17,856 nt of DNA from Saprospiraceae bacterium (GCA_020627825.1 JAHDGD010000078.1:1-17856), one strand, 5' to 3'; shown: positions 7,602 to 17,177, counted from the stretch's first letter. Made by a program: numbers and translations. The notes: generated by a model not told the origin, from the sequence alone.

Positions 7602-7622
7602 TTTTGGGGTTTAACCCCAAAA
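7602..7622. terminator. Palindromic hairpin between the convergent murF-alr and purD genes (possible bidirectional terminator)
   Basis: TTTTGGGG (7602..7609) / CCCCAAAA (7615..7622), loop TTTAA. It sits 33 nt after the murF-alr stop and 3 nt after the purD stop. The T tract forms part of the stem rather than trailing it, so this is not a canonical intrinsic terminator. Confidence 0.45.
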
Positions 7623-7625
7623 TTA

Positions 7626-8891
7626 TTACAAATCGAACCCTATGTCCTTACGATAGTTCTTTCCTTCAAAACTGATTTTTTCAGCTTCTTTCATACTCTG
7701 TTCAATGGCCTTCCTAAAATCAGTATGCATAGAAGTTATGGCAAGGACTCTTCCCCCGTTGGTAACAACTTCCTCTCCTTTATGAATGGTCCCAGCGTGA
7801 AAAAACTGAGAAGGGGTCTCATGTGGAATGGTCATTGATTTTCCTTTTTCATATGCTTCAGGATAACCACCGGAAACTAGCATTATCGTAGCTGCTGCTT
7901 GTGGGTTAATTGTTATTTCATGAGTAGCTAAGGAATCCGTATGTAAAGATTGAAATAATTCAAGTAAATCAGAATCTAATCTAGGCAACACAACCTCTGT
8001 TTCAGGATCCCCTAGACGACAATTATATTCTATAACATACGGGTCTCCGTTCACTTTAATAAGGCCTATGAAGATAATGCCTTTGTATTCAATGTGGTCA
8101 TCTTGAAGTCCTTGAACTGTAGGTTCTACGATTCGCGAGATGACCTTAGTCATGAGATCTTTATCAACAAATGGAGGAGGAGAAACAGCGCCCATTCCAC
8201 CCGTATTAAGTCCCGTATCTCCTTCACCTATACGCTTATAATCTTTAGCAACAGGAAGGATTTTATAGTTTTTACCATCTGTAAGAACAAAAACAGAAAA
8301 TTCGATACCACTAAGGAAGTCTTCAATGACAACCGTATGTCCGGCGCCTCCAAATTTGCCATTCAACATATCAGATAATTCCTGAGCAGCTTGATCTTTA
8401 TCTTCTAGAATTACAACTCCTTTGCCAGCAGCAAGACCGTCACATTTTAAGACGATAGGTCCTTTTTGATTGTGAATATAAGCAATGCCTTCTTCGAGGG
8501 TGTCTTTCGTAAATTCTGCATATCCTGCTGTCGGAATGTCATTTTTAAACATAAATTTTTTGGCGTAAGCCTTACTCCCTTCAAGTATAGCACCCTGTTT
8601 AGAAGGTCCTATAACTTTAATGTTTTTAAGTTGATCTGTTGTTTTAAAATGATCATAAATGCCATCCACTAGAGGAGCTTCAGGACCTACGATGAGCATT
8701 TCAATAGACTGTTTGATGCAAAAATCCCCTATTTGATTAAAATCAGAAAGAGATAAAGAGACATTATTTGCAATAGCAGCTGTACCCGCATTACCAGGAC
8801 CTACAAATAAGGATGAACAGTGTGGAGATTGTAAAATCTTCCAAGCTAATGTGTGTTCGCGTCCGCCACTTCCTAAAATTAGAACATTCAT
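7626..8891 (-). CDS. purD: Phosphoribosylamine--glycine ligase (GAR synthetase)
   Basis: 421 aa. MNVLILGSGGREHTLAWK N-terminus, ATP-grasp core (KCDGLAAGKGV, IEDFLSGIEFSVF), NCRLGDPETEV, GGRVLAIT. All are canonical PurD motifs. Confidence 0.95.
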   Translation of the reverse strand: MNVLILGSGGREHTLAWKILQSPHCSSLFVGPGNAGTAAIANNVSLSLSDFNQIGDFCIKQSIEMLIVGPEAPLVDGIYDHFKTTDQLKNIKVIGPSKQGAILEGSKAYAKKFMFKNDIPTAGYAEFTKDTLEEGIAYIHNQKGPIVLKCDGLAAGKGVVILEDKDQAAQELSDMLNGKFGGAGHTVVIEDFLSGIEFSVFVLTDGKNYKILPVAKDYKRIGEGDTGLNTGGMGAVSPPPFVDKDLMTKVISRIVEPTVQGLQDDHIEYKGIIFIGLIKVNGDPYVIEYNCRLGDPETEVVLPRLDSDLLELFQSLHTDSLATHEITINPQAAATIMLVSGGYPEAYEKGKSMTIPHETPSQFFHAGTIHKGEEVVTNGGRVLAITSMHTDFRKAIEQSMKEAEKISFEGKNYRKDIGFDL

Positions 8892-8910
8892 TTTTGCAAA
8901 TTTTAAGTTG

Positions 8911-8918
8911 CAAAGATA
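8911..8918 (-). promoter_or_regulatory. Bacteroidota-type -7 promoter element (TAnnTTTG) for purD
   Basis: The minus strand reads TATCTTTG, 19 nt upstream of the purD ATG (8891). Confidence 0.45.
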
Positions 8919-9070
8919 GCATATCGAATAAGCTAAATCACGACAATATGTGTAAGAAAATACGCCATTATTTATATTATAATAAATTTTAATGTGTAAT
9001 CGTTTAATAATTTTATGTCTTACGAATAGTTAGACCATACATATGATGCTGTAAAAGTTAATAAATTCAT

Positions 9071-9078
9071 TAGTTTTG
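9071..9078 (+). promoter_or_regulatory. Bacteroidota-type -7 promoter element (TAnnTTTG) for ruvA (and possibly sprA)
   Basis: The plus strand reads TAGTTTTG, 23 nt upstream of the ruvA ATG (9102). No comparable box occurs between ruvA and sprA. Confidence 0.45.
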
Positions 9079-9101
9079 CAGCTTTTTAAAAAAGGCTAGA
9101 A

Positions 9102-9695
9102 ATGATTGCATATATAAAAGGAAGTATTTCATATAAATCTCCTACTGAAATTCATGTTGAAACTTCAGGGGGGGTAGCCTATTTGATTAACATCAGCTTG
9201 TTGACGTTTTCACAATTGGAAAACTTGAAAGAAGTGAAGATTTTTACGCAGCTGATTGTAAAAGAAGATTCACATACGTTGTATGGGTTTATGACAGAAG
9301 AAGAGAAGAATTTATTTAATAAATTATTGTCTGTTTCTGGAATTGGTCCCAATACAGCACGTGTGATCTTATCTAGTATGACTCCTGATGAAATTGTTCG
9401 ATCGATTGCACATGATGATCATGTTCGATTTTCGAAAGTAAAAGGAATTGGTCCTAAGACAGCAAAACGTCTTATTCTAGATTTAAAAGACAAAATAACA
9501 AAAGAATTAGCGACAAGTGACGTAAATCTCGTTAAGGTAGACAATAGTGCGCGAAATGAAGCGTTAAGTGCACTGACAACCCTAGGTTTTCCGAAAAATT
9601 CGGTAGAAAAAGTGTTGTCACAAATCATGAAAGATTCTGCAGATTCATTGGATAGCGAAGCATTAATAAAGGCTGTGCTAAAAAAAATGTCATAA
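9102..9695 (+). CDS. ruvA: Holliday junction branch migration complex subunit RuvA
   Basis: 197 aa. MIAYIKGSI N-terminus, two helix-hairpin-helix motifs (SVSGIGPNTARVILS and VKGIGPKTAKRLILDLK), and a C-terminal domain III (EALSALTTLGF). Confidence 0.93.
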   Translation: MIAYIKGSISYKSPTEIHVETSGGVAYLINISLLTFSQLENLKEVKIFTQLIVKEDSHTLYGFMTEEEKNLFNKLLSVSGIGPNTARVILSSMTPDEIVRSIAHDDHVRFSKVKGIGPKTAKRLILDLKDKITKELATSDVNLVKVDNSARNEALSALTTLGFPKNSVEKVLSQIMKDSADSLDSEALIKAVLKKMS

Positions 9696-9788
9696 TCTCA
9701 ACAGAATCATACTATGCAAACTAAATCTATCGTTATAATCGAATGTGCTAAAGATTGGATTTTAAATAATCCGAAGAGAATATATCAA

Positions 9789-12700
9789 ATGAAGAAAGTT
9801 ACTTTATTGCAATTGAGCTTTTTAATTGCTTTAATCGGTTGTTGTTCCCAGCTGTTAGCTGCGGGCCCCAACCCACCATCTCTATACGAAATCAGCCCTA
9901 CCACTTCACTAGACACGATTCCCTTAAAGGATAGGCTAGATGATTTTGTGACTGGAAATACTTACAATCCTTTCGACCTAAATGATCCGAGTGAAGTCAA
10001 GAAAGAAGTCACATATGATCCAGTAACTGGTTTGTATATCATTACAGAAAAAATAGGAGATGATTTTTATAGGGCTCCCACTTACATGACCTTTTCAGAA
10101 TATCTAGAATGGAGAGCAAAAGAACAAGAGAAAGATTATTTTCAGCAATTAGCAGGCGTAGAAGGGACCAATCGATCGAAGAGTGGAATTATTGATCCCA
10201 TAGCAAGAGTCGATGTCAAAAAGAAATTAATAGATCGATTATTTGGTGGAAATCAAATTACGCTTGATCCACAAGGAAGCGTTGATATCACATTAGGATA
10301 CGATTATCAAAAGGTTGAAAATCCTAATATTCCTCTGAGAGTGCAAAGATTTGGTGCACCAGATTTCAACATGAACATCAAAACTGATATTCAAGGTAAG
10401 ATAGGTGATAAAATGGATCTAGGATTTAATTTTGATTCAAATTCTACCTTTAATTTCGATGATAAATTGAATCTTGTTTACGATAGTGAGAAGTGGACTG
10501 AGGATGATATTTTAAAGAAAGTTGAAGCAGGTAATATCAGCATGCCTCTAAGAAGCCAACTGATTCAAGGAAATCAATCTTTGTTTGGATTAAAATCGGA
10601 ATTACAATTTGGTCATTTAAAAGTAACGATGCTTGCTGCGGAACAACAGTCTTCTCAAGAAGAATTGCAAATACAGGCAGGCGGTACGCTACAAGAATTC
10701 GAGATTTATCCAGATCAATACGACGAAAATAGACACTTCTTTTTATCACAATTCAACCGAAATACCTACGAGCGTAATTTAGAGAATATGCCGTTCATAA
10801 ATACACCTTTCAGGGTTGTCAACCTTCAAGTGTGGATTACGAACGATCGACAAGAAACAGAAAATTTACGTGATATTGCAGCCTTAGCCGATCTAGGAGT
10901 TAGTGAAACGGAGTATTTAACGAATCCATCTATTGATGTAGAGCCTGTTACACCTTTATATAGAGATTATACAGGAGAAGAAGTATTAAATGATAACTCG
11001 CGAAATGATTTATTCGAATTGCTGTCGGGAGATAATCAAACCAGACAAATTATCAATACGGCATCTCGATTGAGAACAACTTATGGACTTGAACAATCAA
11101 GAGATTTCGAGGTATTAAAGGCAAGAAGATTAAATACGAATGAATATACTTTTCATCCCGAACTAGGATTTTTATCCTTGAATGTTCGGTTACAGCCGAA
11201 TCAAGTTCTTGCAGTTTCTTACCAATATTCTTACACCTATAATGGAGACGAAATCTATCAAGTAGGGGAGTTGGCGGATGAAATAACAACTCAGGATAGT
11301 TCAGAAGTAATTTATACAAGATTGCTGAAATCATCTGTTCAGAATGTTTCGGAACCCAACTGGGATTTGATGATGAAAAATGTGTATCCAGTTGGAGCAG
11401 CTCAAGTAGATCCTGGAACATTTAAATTTGATATTTTCTTCGAAGATAATACAGATGGTTCATTAAAAAGATATATGCCATTTACTGGCATTGATGCCTT
11501 TCCACTTTTGAATGTTTTTGGACTTGATAAATTGAATTCTCAAAACGATCCGCAATCAGATGGTATTTTTGATTTTGTCCCTGGAGTAACGATCATTCCT
11601 CGAAGTGGGGCGATTATTTTTCCAGTGCTTGAGCCTTTTGGCACAAGCCTTAGCAATTTAATTACAGATCCAGATTTTAATGTTCCCAATGCTGCAGCAA
11701 TTGCAGATAGCTTAAGTTATCAGGAGTTATATGATAGCACAGTCATACTTGCAAGGGAACAATTGTTTAAAAATAGATTCGTGATGCGAGGAGAATTCAA
11801 ATCACAATTCTCTTCTGAAATTTCATTGGGTGCGTTTAATATTCCACAAGGGTCTGTAACGGTTTATGCAGGAAGTGTACAATTGCAGCCAGGAGTTGAT
11901 TATGAAATTGATTATGGAATAGGCCGAATAAAAATCATAAACGATACGTACTTACAACAAGGTGTTCCTATACGTGTAAATTTTGAAAACAATAGTTTTT
12001 TTAATCTACAGCGGAAATATCTACTTGGGACACGATTGGATTATGCAGTAAATGAAAAAATGAATATAGGGGCAACCTATATGCATTTATTTGAACGGCC
12101 TTTTACAGAGAAAGTCAACATAGGAGACGATCCGATTAACAATAGGATTATTGGATTCGATATGAATTACAATAATGAATTGCCTTGGTTGACAAGAACA
12201 TTGGACAAATTACCGTTTTATTCAACTAGTGCTCCATCATCGATTAGTTCGGAATTTGAAGTAGCGGCTCTACGACCAGGACATGCTCGAGCTATAAATA
12301 ATCAAGGTGAAGATTCGGGTGTAGTTTTAGTTGATGATTTTGAAGGGTCAGCAACTGGAATTCCGTTAGGGACATTTAATTTCAATCAATGGACTCTTGC
12401 CTCTACGCCATCTACATTTACAGAGCATGATCGGACTAATGATTTAACCTATGGGGCGAACAGAGCACGATTTAATTGGTATGTTTTAGATCAAGAATTC
12501 ATTAACCAAGAGGATCGAAATAATCCATATACTCGATTGGTAGGAAGAGGAGAACTTTTTCCAAATATCACGTTGATTCAAAGTCAAATATCGTTTCTTT
12601 CTACTTTCGATTTAACATATGTACCAGACGAAAGAGGACCTTATAACTTTGATCCGCCAGGAGGTACAGATGTTTCTGCAGGTTCCGTATGGGACAACGA

Positions 12701-15700
12701 CGAAGAGATTATGAAATTGAATGAACCTTCTACTCGATGGGGAGGTATACAACGTTTTATAAACAACAATGACTTTCAAGCATTGAATGTGGAATATATA
12801 GAATTCTGGATGTTGAATCCTTTTATGGATGTTCCAGGTAATGATCCACTTCCAGGGGAGGCAGGTGAGTTTCACTTTAATCTTGGAAATGTTTCAGAGG
12901 ATATTCTTAAAGATAACATTCAATTTTATGAAAATGGATTAACATTTGATGATACAAATCCACTTCCTGTTATCGAAACTACATGGGGAAATGTTCCTCT
13001 TCAACAACCTCGAACAATAAACTTTGATCTGACCAATGCACAGCAACAAGATTTAGGTCTAGATGGATTGAATGATGCAGAGGAAAACGATCGTTTTCAA
13101 GATTATGTTACTCAAGTTTTAGCAGCATTTCCTAACGCTAAGATTAAACTTGACCCAGCGGGTGATAATTTCGCTACTTTTTCCAATGATTCATTATATA
13201 ATGTCCAGCAGCAGTCTGTGATTGAGAGATTGAGATTGTTTAACAATTCACAAGGAAATGCTCCAACACCTAATCCAGATGCCTTTCAAAGAGGAAAATA
13301 TACGCCGGATATTGAAGATTTAAATGAAAACAGATCGCTTGATCAAGGAGAAAATTACTACGATTATAACATCAAGATTGTAAATAATAATGGGGAGATT
13401 GATATGGAAGAAGCGAGATACATCAGAGAATTTGTTGATATAGGAGAAAATGGACAAGAAAGATGGTATCGTTTTCAAATTCCTATTAATGATTACGATA
13501 ATATTGCTGGAACTATCGAAGGCTTCCGTTCAATTCAGTTTGTGAGAATGTATATGACAGGTTTTGAAACGAAGAAAACCATTCGTATGGCGAATTTGGA
13601 ATTGATTCGAAATCAATGGAGACGATTAACAACAGCATGTTCTGATGGTCCAAACCCTGTGGATTTTTCTATTGATGCCGTAAGTATAGAAGAGAATGCA
13701 CAGAAAACTCCATTTAATTATGTTTTACCTCCTGGTATTCAAAGACAAAGAATCCGGGTAAATAATCAAAACGTACTTCAAAATGAGAAAAGTTTGGTGA
13801 TTCAATATTGTGGATTACCTACTGCCAATACAGAAAATCCAGAAATCCCCAAAAGTTGTGAACCTACAGTCTATAAATTAATGAATGGACTCGATGTTCG
13901 TTTGTTTGAAAAGCTTCAGCTCTTTTTTCATGGGGAATCGGCCCAGAATTATGAGAAAGGAGATATCAAAGTCTTTATAAGAATCGGTCGAGATTTTACA
14001 CAGAATTATTATGAATATGAAATTCCGTTAACAATGTCTGATTCCACAGCTGGAATGATTTCCGATCCAGAAGTGGTGTGGCCAGCCGATAATAAAATGG
14101 ATATTGTATTGGATTTGTTGCCCGACTTAAAGCTCGAGCGAAATGTGGCTAATTTTCCGGTAGAAAAACTCTATTCCAAGGCTGATCCGGAAAACCCTGA
14201 CAATCTTATCAGTATTATTGGTAATCCTACTTTAGGATATATCAAAGGAATACAAATAGGAGTAAGAAATTATACACCAAGTAATGCCTGTGGAGAAGTA
14301 TGGGTCAATGAACTGAGGCTTGCAGGATTGGAAGAAAGAGGAGGAGTTGCAGCGATAGCAAGAGCAGATGTTGCATTAGCTGATTTAGGAAATGTTGCGG
14401 TTTCAGGATCATACAGTTCAGTAGGATTTGGAGAGTTGGATCAACAATTAGCGGATCGAAGTCAAGAAGAAGTCATTGAATATGCGGTATCGACAACACT
14501 TAATGTAGACAAGCTTTTGCCAGGAGATTTACCCTTAAACTTACCGTTATATGCTCAATATGCTAATACAATAAGAACGCCTAGATGGGACCCTTTTGAT
14601 TTGGATGTTTCTGTTAAAGATAAAATTAACTCAGAACCCGATTTGAGAGAACAAGTATTGGAACGTGCGATAGATAAGACAGAGATTACATCTGTCAATA
14701 TGACAAATGTACAAGTCCGTAAAAAGAAAGGAAAAAAGAAATCCATGCCTTGGGATATTTCGAATGTTTCCACTTCCTATTCCTTCACTCGAACTGATCA
14801 TGCGGATCCTATTATAGAAAGAGATCTTACTGATAATTATCAAGGATCACTTGATTATCGATACAGTCGTTCAGTCAAATATTGGGAACCGTTTAAGAAA
14901 TCGAAAATAGCACCATTAAAAATCATTAATTTCAATTTCTTACCGAATACCTTTACGTTCAAGAATGAGCTAGCGCGATATAAAAATGTAAGAACCTATA
15001 GATTACCCGAGGAATTTGACTATACGTTTTATGATCAGCGATTTAATTGGGATCGACGGTATAATTTACAATGGGATTTTACGAAAGGGCTTAGTTTAGC
15101 TTTCAATGCAAACAATCAATCGATTGTGGATGAATTAAGAACGGTGGGTGTTGGTGGATTCCAAGAAGTTCAAAATGAACGTGGAGAGACAGTAGGATCA
15201 GTTGATGAAATATCAACGAGACAACGACAAGATTATATCAATAATAATTTAAGACAAGGAGGACGTGCCAAAGATTATAATCACAATTTCACTTTGCAAT
15301 ACACGTTGCCAACTCGTAGTATTAAGGCATTAAATTGGACTTCTGTTCGAGCAAGTTATTCAGGAGATTACATATGGGATGCCGCTTCATTAAATGTGGA
15401 TTCATTAGGAAATGTAATTTCAAACAGTCAGCAAAGGCAATTAAATGCCACATTTAACTTTGATAAATTATATTTAAAGTCAAAGTATTTAAAGAGAATT
15501 GAAAAAGGAGATGGGTCTTCTAGATCAAGAAGATCCAGTAGTTCAAGAAAGCCATCTAGGACAAAACCTGGAAATAAAAAAGATGAAAAGGAGAAGAAGG
15601 AACGTAAGATTTCCAATGTAGAACGTGCTTTAGTCCGACCATTATTATCATTACGTACAGCAAAGTTAACGTATCGAGAATCCTTTGGTACAGTTGTCCC

Positions 15701-17141
15701 AGGTATTTTAAGTACCAGCAGGTATTTAGGAATGGATGATCGTTTTAATTCGCCTGGTTGGGAATTCGTTTCGGGCTTACAGCCCAATATTGATCCGAGT
15801 GATGCCAATAATTGGTTGTATAGTGGAGCAAGTCAAGGTTGGTTTACGCAATCTCAGTTTTTGAATCAACAAGTACTACAGAATCGAACACAGAATATAG
15901 AAGGAAAAATTGATTTCGAAATCTACAAAGATTTTGATATTGAAGTAGATTTTAGAAAGAACTTTTCATCCAATCACTCAGAAGAATTCAAGAATTTGAA
16001 TGGAGACTATCGACAATTGATTCTTCGTGATATGGGAACTTTCGAAGTATCTTATTCAGCCCTTAATACATTATGGGGTAGAGATTCTGACGAATTGTTT
16101 GATCAGTTTGAAGCCAATAGGCAGACCATTTCGTTTAGGTTGCAAAATAGGGCGGCTGAAGAAGCGCAGCGACTGGGAACAACATACTTAACAGGAGATC
16201 ATCCGGAAGATGTGGGATATGCAGCTGGTTTTGGCCGTCAATCAACGGATGTGTTAATTCCAGCATTTCTTGCAACATACAGAGGTCAATCGCCTATGGA
16301 TGTTGACTTGTCAGTTTATGATAGGATTCAAGCTCTGGATTATATTCCTGCTCCGAACTGGACGTTGAATTATAATGGATTAAGCAAATTGAAGTGGTTC
16401 TCTGATATTTTTTCTTCGTTTTCATTGAAGCATAGTTATAGATCTTCCATGCGAGTGAGTAGTTTTAATTCAGACCCAGATTTTAATGCGTTAAATCCAT
16501 TTGTTGAAACCCAGCTACAGTCACAAAATTATTACACACGTTTTGATGTTCCTCAGATTATTATTTCAGAAGAATTTGTACCGGTAATAGGTATTAGTTT
16601 GCGAACGAAAACGGATTTTGAATTTAATGCTGAATATCGAAAAAGTAGAAATTTGGGTATGGATTTCTATGCTAAAGAATTGGTTGAGTCCAAGGCTGAA
16701 GAATTTAGTATTGGTGCAGGCTTGGTTTTACAAGATGTCAACATTCCATTCCTTACAGGTAAGAAAAATGTAAAGAAGGGTAAGAAGAAAAAAGAAGACA
16801 AAGATCAACCAAAAAGCAGCAATGGATCAAATGGAAAAGGCCTAGGTGGATTCGGTAAAGTAACAAATGTAAATGGAAATAACATGACATTCAAATTCGA
16901 TTTTTCATATCGAGATGATGTAGTGCAGAATCGAACCATTGACCAATCTGCCAATTTCTTCCCTACAAGAGGGATCCGTTCATGGAGAGCGAATCCATCA
17001 GTAGATTATGATGTGAATGATAATGTAAATTTGAGATTGTTCTTTGATTACAGTAGATCAGTTCCTGCTACAACGAATTCATTTCCTATTACGAATTGGC
17101 AGACAGGATTGACTGTTCGATTAAAGCTGGGAGCTTTATAA
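9789..17141 (+). CDS. sprA: SprA, the giant outer-membrane translocon of the type IX secretion / gliding system
   Basis: The track ORF (9714..17141, 2475 aa) gives about 2450 aa from the Met at 9789, where a signal peptide begins (MKKVTLLQLSFLIALIGCCSQLLAAG). The size, Asn/Asp/Tyr/Phe-rich beta-rich composition throughout, and position after ruvA match SprA as I know it from Flavobacterium johnsoniae (~2400 aa). The start codon is uncertain between 9714 and 9789. Confidence 0.88.
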   Translation: MKKVTLLQLSFLIALIGCCSQLLAAGPNPPSLYEISPTTSLDTIPLKDRLDDFVTGNTYNPFDLNDPSEVKKEVTYDPVTGLYIITEKIGDDFYRAPTYMTFSEYLEWRAKEQEKDYFQQLAGVEGTNRSKSGIIDPIARVDVKKKLIDRLFGGNQITLDPQGSVDITLGYDYQKVENPNIPLRVQRFGAPDFNMNIKTDIQGKIGDKMDLGFNFDSNSTFNFDDKLNLVYDSEKWTEDDILKKVEAGNISMPLRSQLIQGNQSLFGLKSELQFGHLKVTMLAAEQQSSQEELQIQAGGTLQEFEIYPDQYDENRHFFLSQFNRNTYERNLENMPFINTPFRVVNLQVWITNDRQETENLRDIAALADLGVSETEYLTNPSIDVEPVTPLYRDYTGEEVLNDNSRNDLFELLSGDNQTRQIINTASRLRTTYGLEQSRDFEVLKARRLNTNEYTFHPELGFLSLNVRLQPNQVLAVSYQYSYTYNGDEIYQVGELADEITTQDSSEVIYTRLLKSSVQNVSEPNWDLMMKNVYPVGAAQVDPGTFKFDIFFEDNTDGSLKRYMPFTGIDAFPLLNVFGLDKLNSQNDPQSDGIFDFVPGVTIIPRSGAIIFPVLEPFGTSLSNLITDPDFNVPNAAAIADSLSYQELYDSTVILAREQLFKNRFVMRGEFKSQFSSEISLGAFNIPQGSVTVYAGSVQLQPGVDYEIDYGIGRIKIINDTYLQQGVPIRVNFENNSFFNLQRKYLLGTRLDYAVNEKMNIGATYMHLFERPFTEKVNIGDDPINNRIIGFDMNYNNELPWLTRTLDKLPFYSTSAPSSISSEFEVAALRPGHARAINNQGEDSGVVLVDDFEGSATGIPLGTFNFNQWTLASTPSTFTEHDRTNDLTYGANRARFNWYVLDQEFINQEDRNNPYTRLVGRGELFPNITLIQSQISFLSTFDLTYVPDERGPYNFDPPGGTDVSAGSVWDNDEEIMKLNEPSTRWGGIQRFINNNDFQALNVEYIEFWMLNPFMDVPGNDPLPGEAGEFHFNLGNVSEDILKDNIQFYENGLTFDDTNPLPVIETTWGNVPLQQPRTINFDLTNAQQQDLGLDGLNDAEENDRFQDYVTQVLAAFPNAKIKLDPAGDNFATFSNDSLYNVQQQSVIERLRLFNNSQGNAPTPNPDAFQRGKYTPDIEDLNENRSLDQGENYYDYNIKIVNNNGEIDMEEARYIREFVDIGENGQERWYRFQIPINDYDNIAGTIEGFRSIQFVRMYMTGFETKKTIRMANLELIRNQWRRLTTACSDGPNPVDFSIDAVSIEENAQKTPFNYVLPPGIQRQRIRVNNQNVLQNEKSLVIQYCGLPTANTENPEIPKSCEPTVYKLMNGLDVRLFEKLQLFFHGESAQNYEKGDIKVFIRIGRDFTQNYYEYEIPLTMSDSTAGMISDPEVVWPADNKMDIVLDLLPDLKLERNVANFPVEKLYSKADPENPDNLISIIGNPTLGYIKGIQIGVRNYTPSNACGEVWVNELRLAGLEERGGVAAIARADVALADLGNVAVSGSYSSVGFGELDQQLADRSQEEVIEYAVSTTLNVDKLLPGDLPLNLPLYAQYANTIRTPRWDPFDLDVSVKDKINSEPDLREQVLERAIDKTEITSVNMTNVQVRKKKGKKKSMPWDISNVSTSYSFTRTDHADPIIERDLTDNYQGSLDYRYSRSVKYWEPFKKSKIAPLKIINFNFLPNTFTFKNELARYKNVRTYRLPEEFDYTFYDQRFNWDRRYNLQWDFTKGLSLAFNANNQSIVDELRTVGVGGFQEVQNERGETVGSVDEISTRQRQDYINNNLRQGGRAKDYNHNFTLQYTLPTRSIKALNWTSVRASYSGDYIWDAASLNVDSLGNVISNSQQRQLNATFNFDKLYLKSKYLKRIEKGDGSSRSRRSSSSRKPSRTKPGNKKDEKEKKERKISNVERALVRPLLSLRTAKLTYRESFGTVVPGILSTSRYLGMDDRFNSPGWEFVSGLQPNIDPSDANNWLYSGASQGWFTQSQFLNQQVLQNRTQNIEGKIDFEIYKDFDIEVDFRKNFSSNHSEEFKNLNGDYRQLILRDMGTFEVSYSALNTLWGRDSDELFDQFEANRQTISFRLQNRAAEEAQRLGTTYLTGDHPEDVGYAAGFGRQSTDVLIPAFLATYRGQSPMDVDLSVYDRIQALDYIPAPNWTLNYNGLSKLKWFSDIFSSFSLKHSYRSSMRVSSFNSDPDFNALNPFVETQLQSQNYYTRFDVPQIIISEEFVPVIGISLRTKTDFEFNAEYRKSRNLGMDFYAKELVESKAEEFSIGAGLVLQDVNIPFLTGKKNVKKGKKKKEDKDQPKSSNGSNGKGLGGFGKVTNVNGNNMTFKFDFSYRDDVVQNRTIDQSANFFPTRGIRSWRANPSVDYDVNDNVNLRLFFDYSRSVPATTNSFPITNWQTGLTVRLKLGAL

Positions 17142-17177
17142 AAGTAAAGTTAGGCTTACGCCCAAAGATATTCTTCA

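Noticed and set aside
7593-8672. Plus-strand ORFs 7593..7838, 8094..8378 and 8466..8672, antisense to purD.
   Set aside because: The purD frame is unambiguous. The antisense products are Phe/Ile/Lys-rich and lack any recognisable motif. ORF 7593 starts inside the terminator-like hairpin region.
8960-8987. AT-rich 28-mer ATACGCCATTATTTATATTATAATAAAT in the purD-ruvA spacer. It matches E. coli dif (GGTGCGCATAATGTATATTATGTTAAAT) at 18/28 positions by my hand alignment, mostly in the spacer and the XerD arm.
   Set aside because: The XerC arm does not match, and the conserved G of the TTATG core is an A here. This level of identity to an AT-rich target is expected by chance in such an AT-rich spacer. 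It would only be worth revisiting if GC-skew places the terminus here or a clade-specific dif model hits it.
9419-9628. Minus-strand ORF antisense to ruvA.
   Set aside because: It is nested in a motif-supported CDS and has no features of its own.
9714-9788. 25-codon N-terminal extension of the sprA ORF (MQTKSIVIIECAKDWILNNPKRIYQ).
   Set aside because: The extension is not signal-peptide-like, whereas a clean signal peptide begins at the Met at 9789. I treated it as upstream open frame rather than coding.
10537-15808. Six minus-strand ORFs inside sprA: 10537..10749, 11053..11421, 12612..12875, 14555..14773, 14631..14843 and 15428..15808.
   Set aside because: All are nested antisense to one continuous 7.4-kb frame. 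The longest (15428..15808) coincides with the Ser/Arg/Lys low-complexity stretch of sprA, which keeps the opposite strand open by composition alone.
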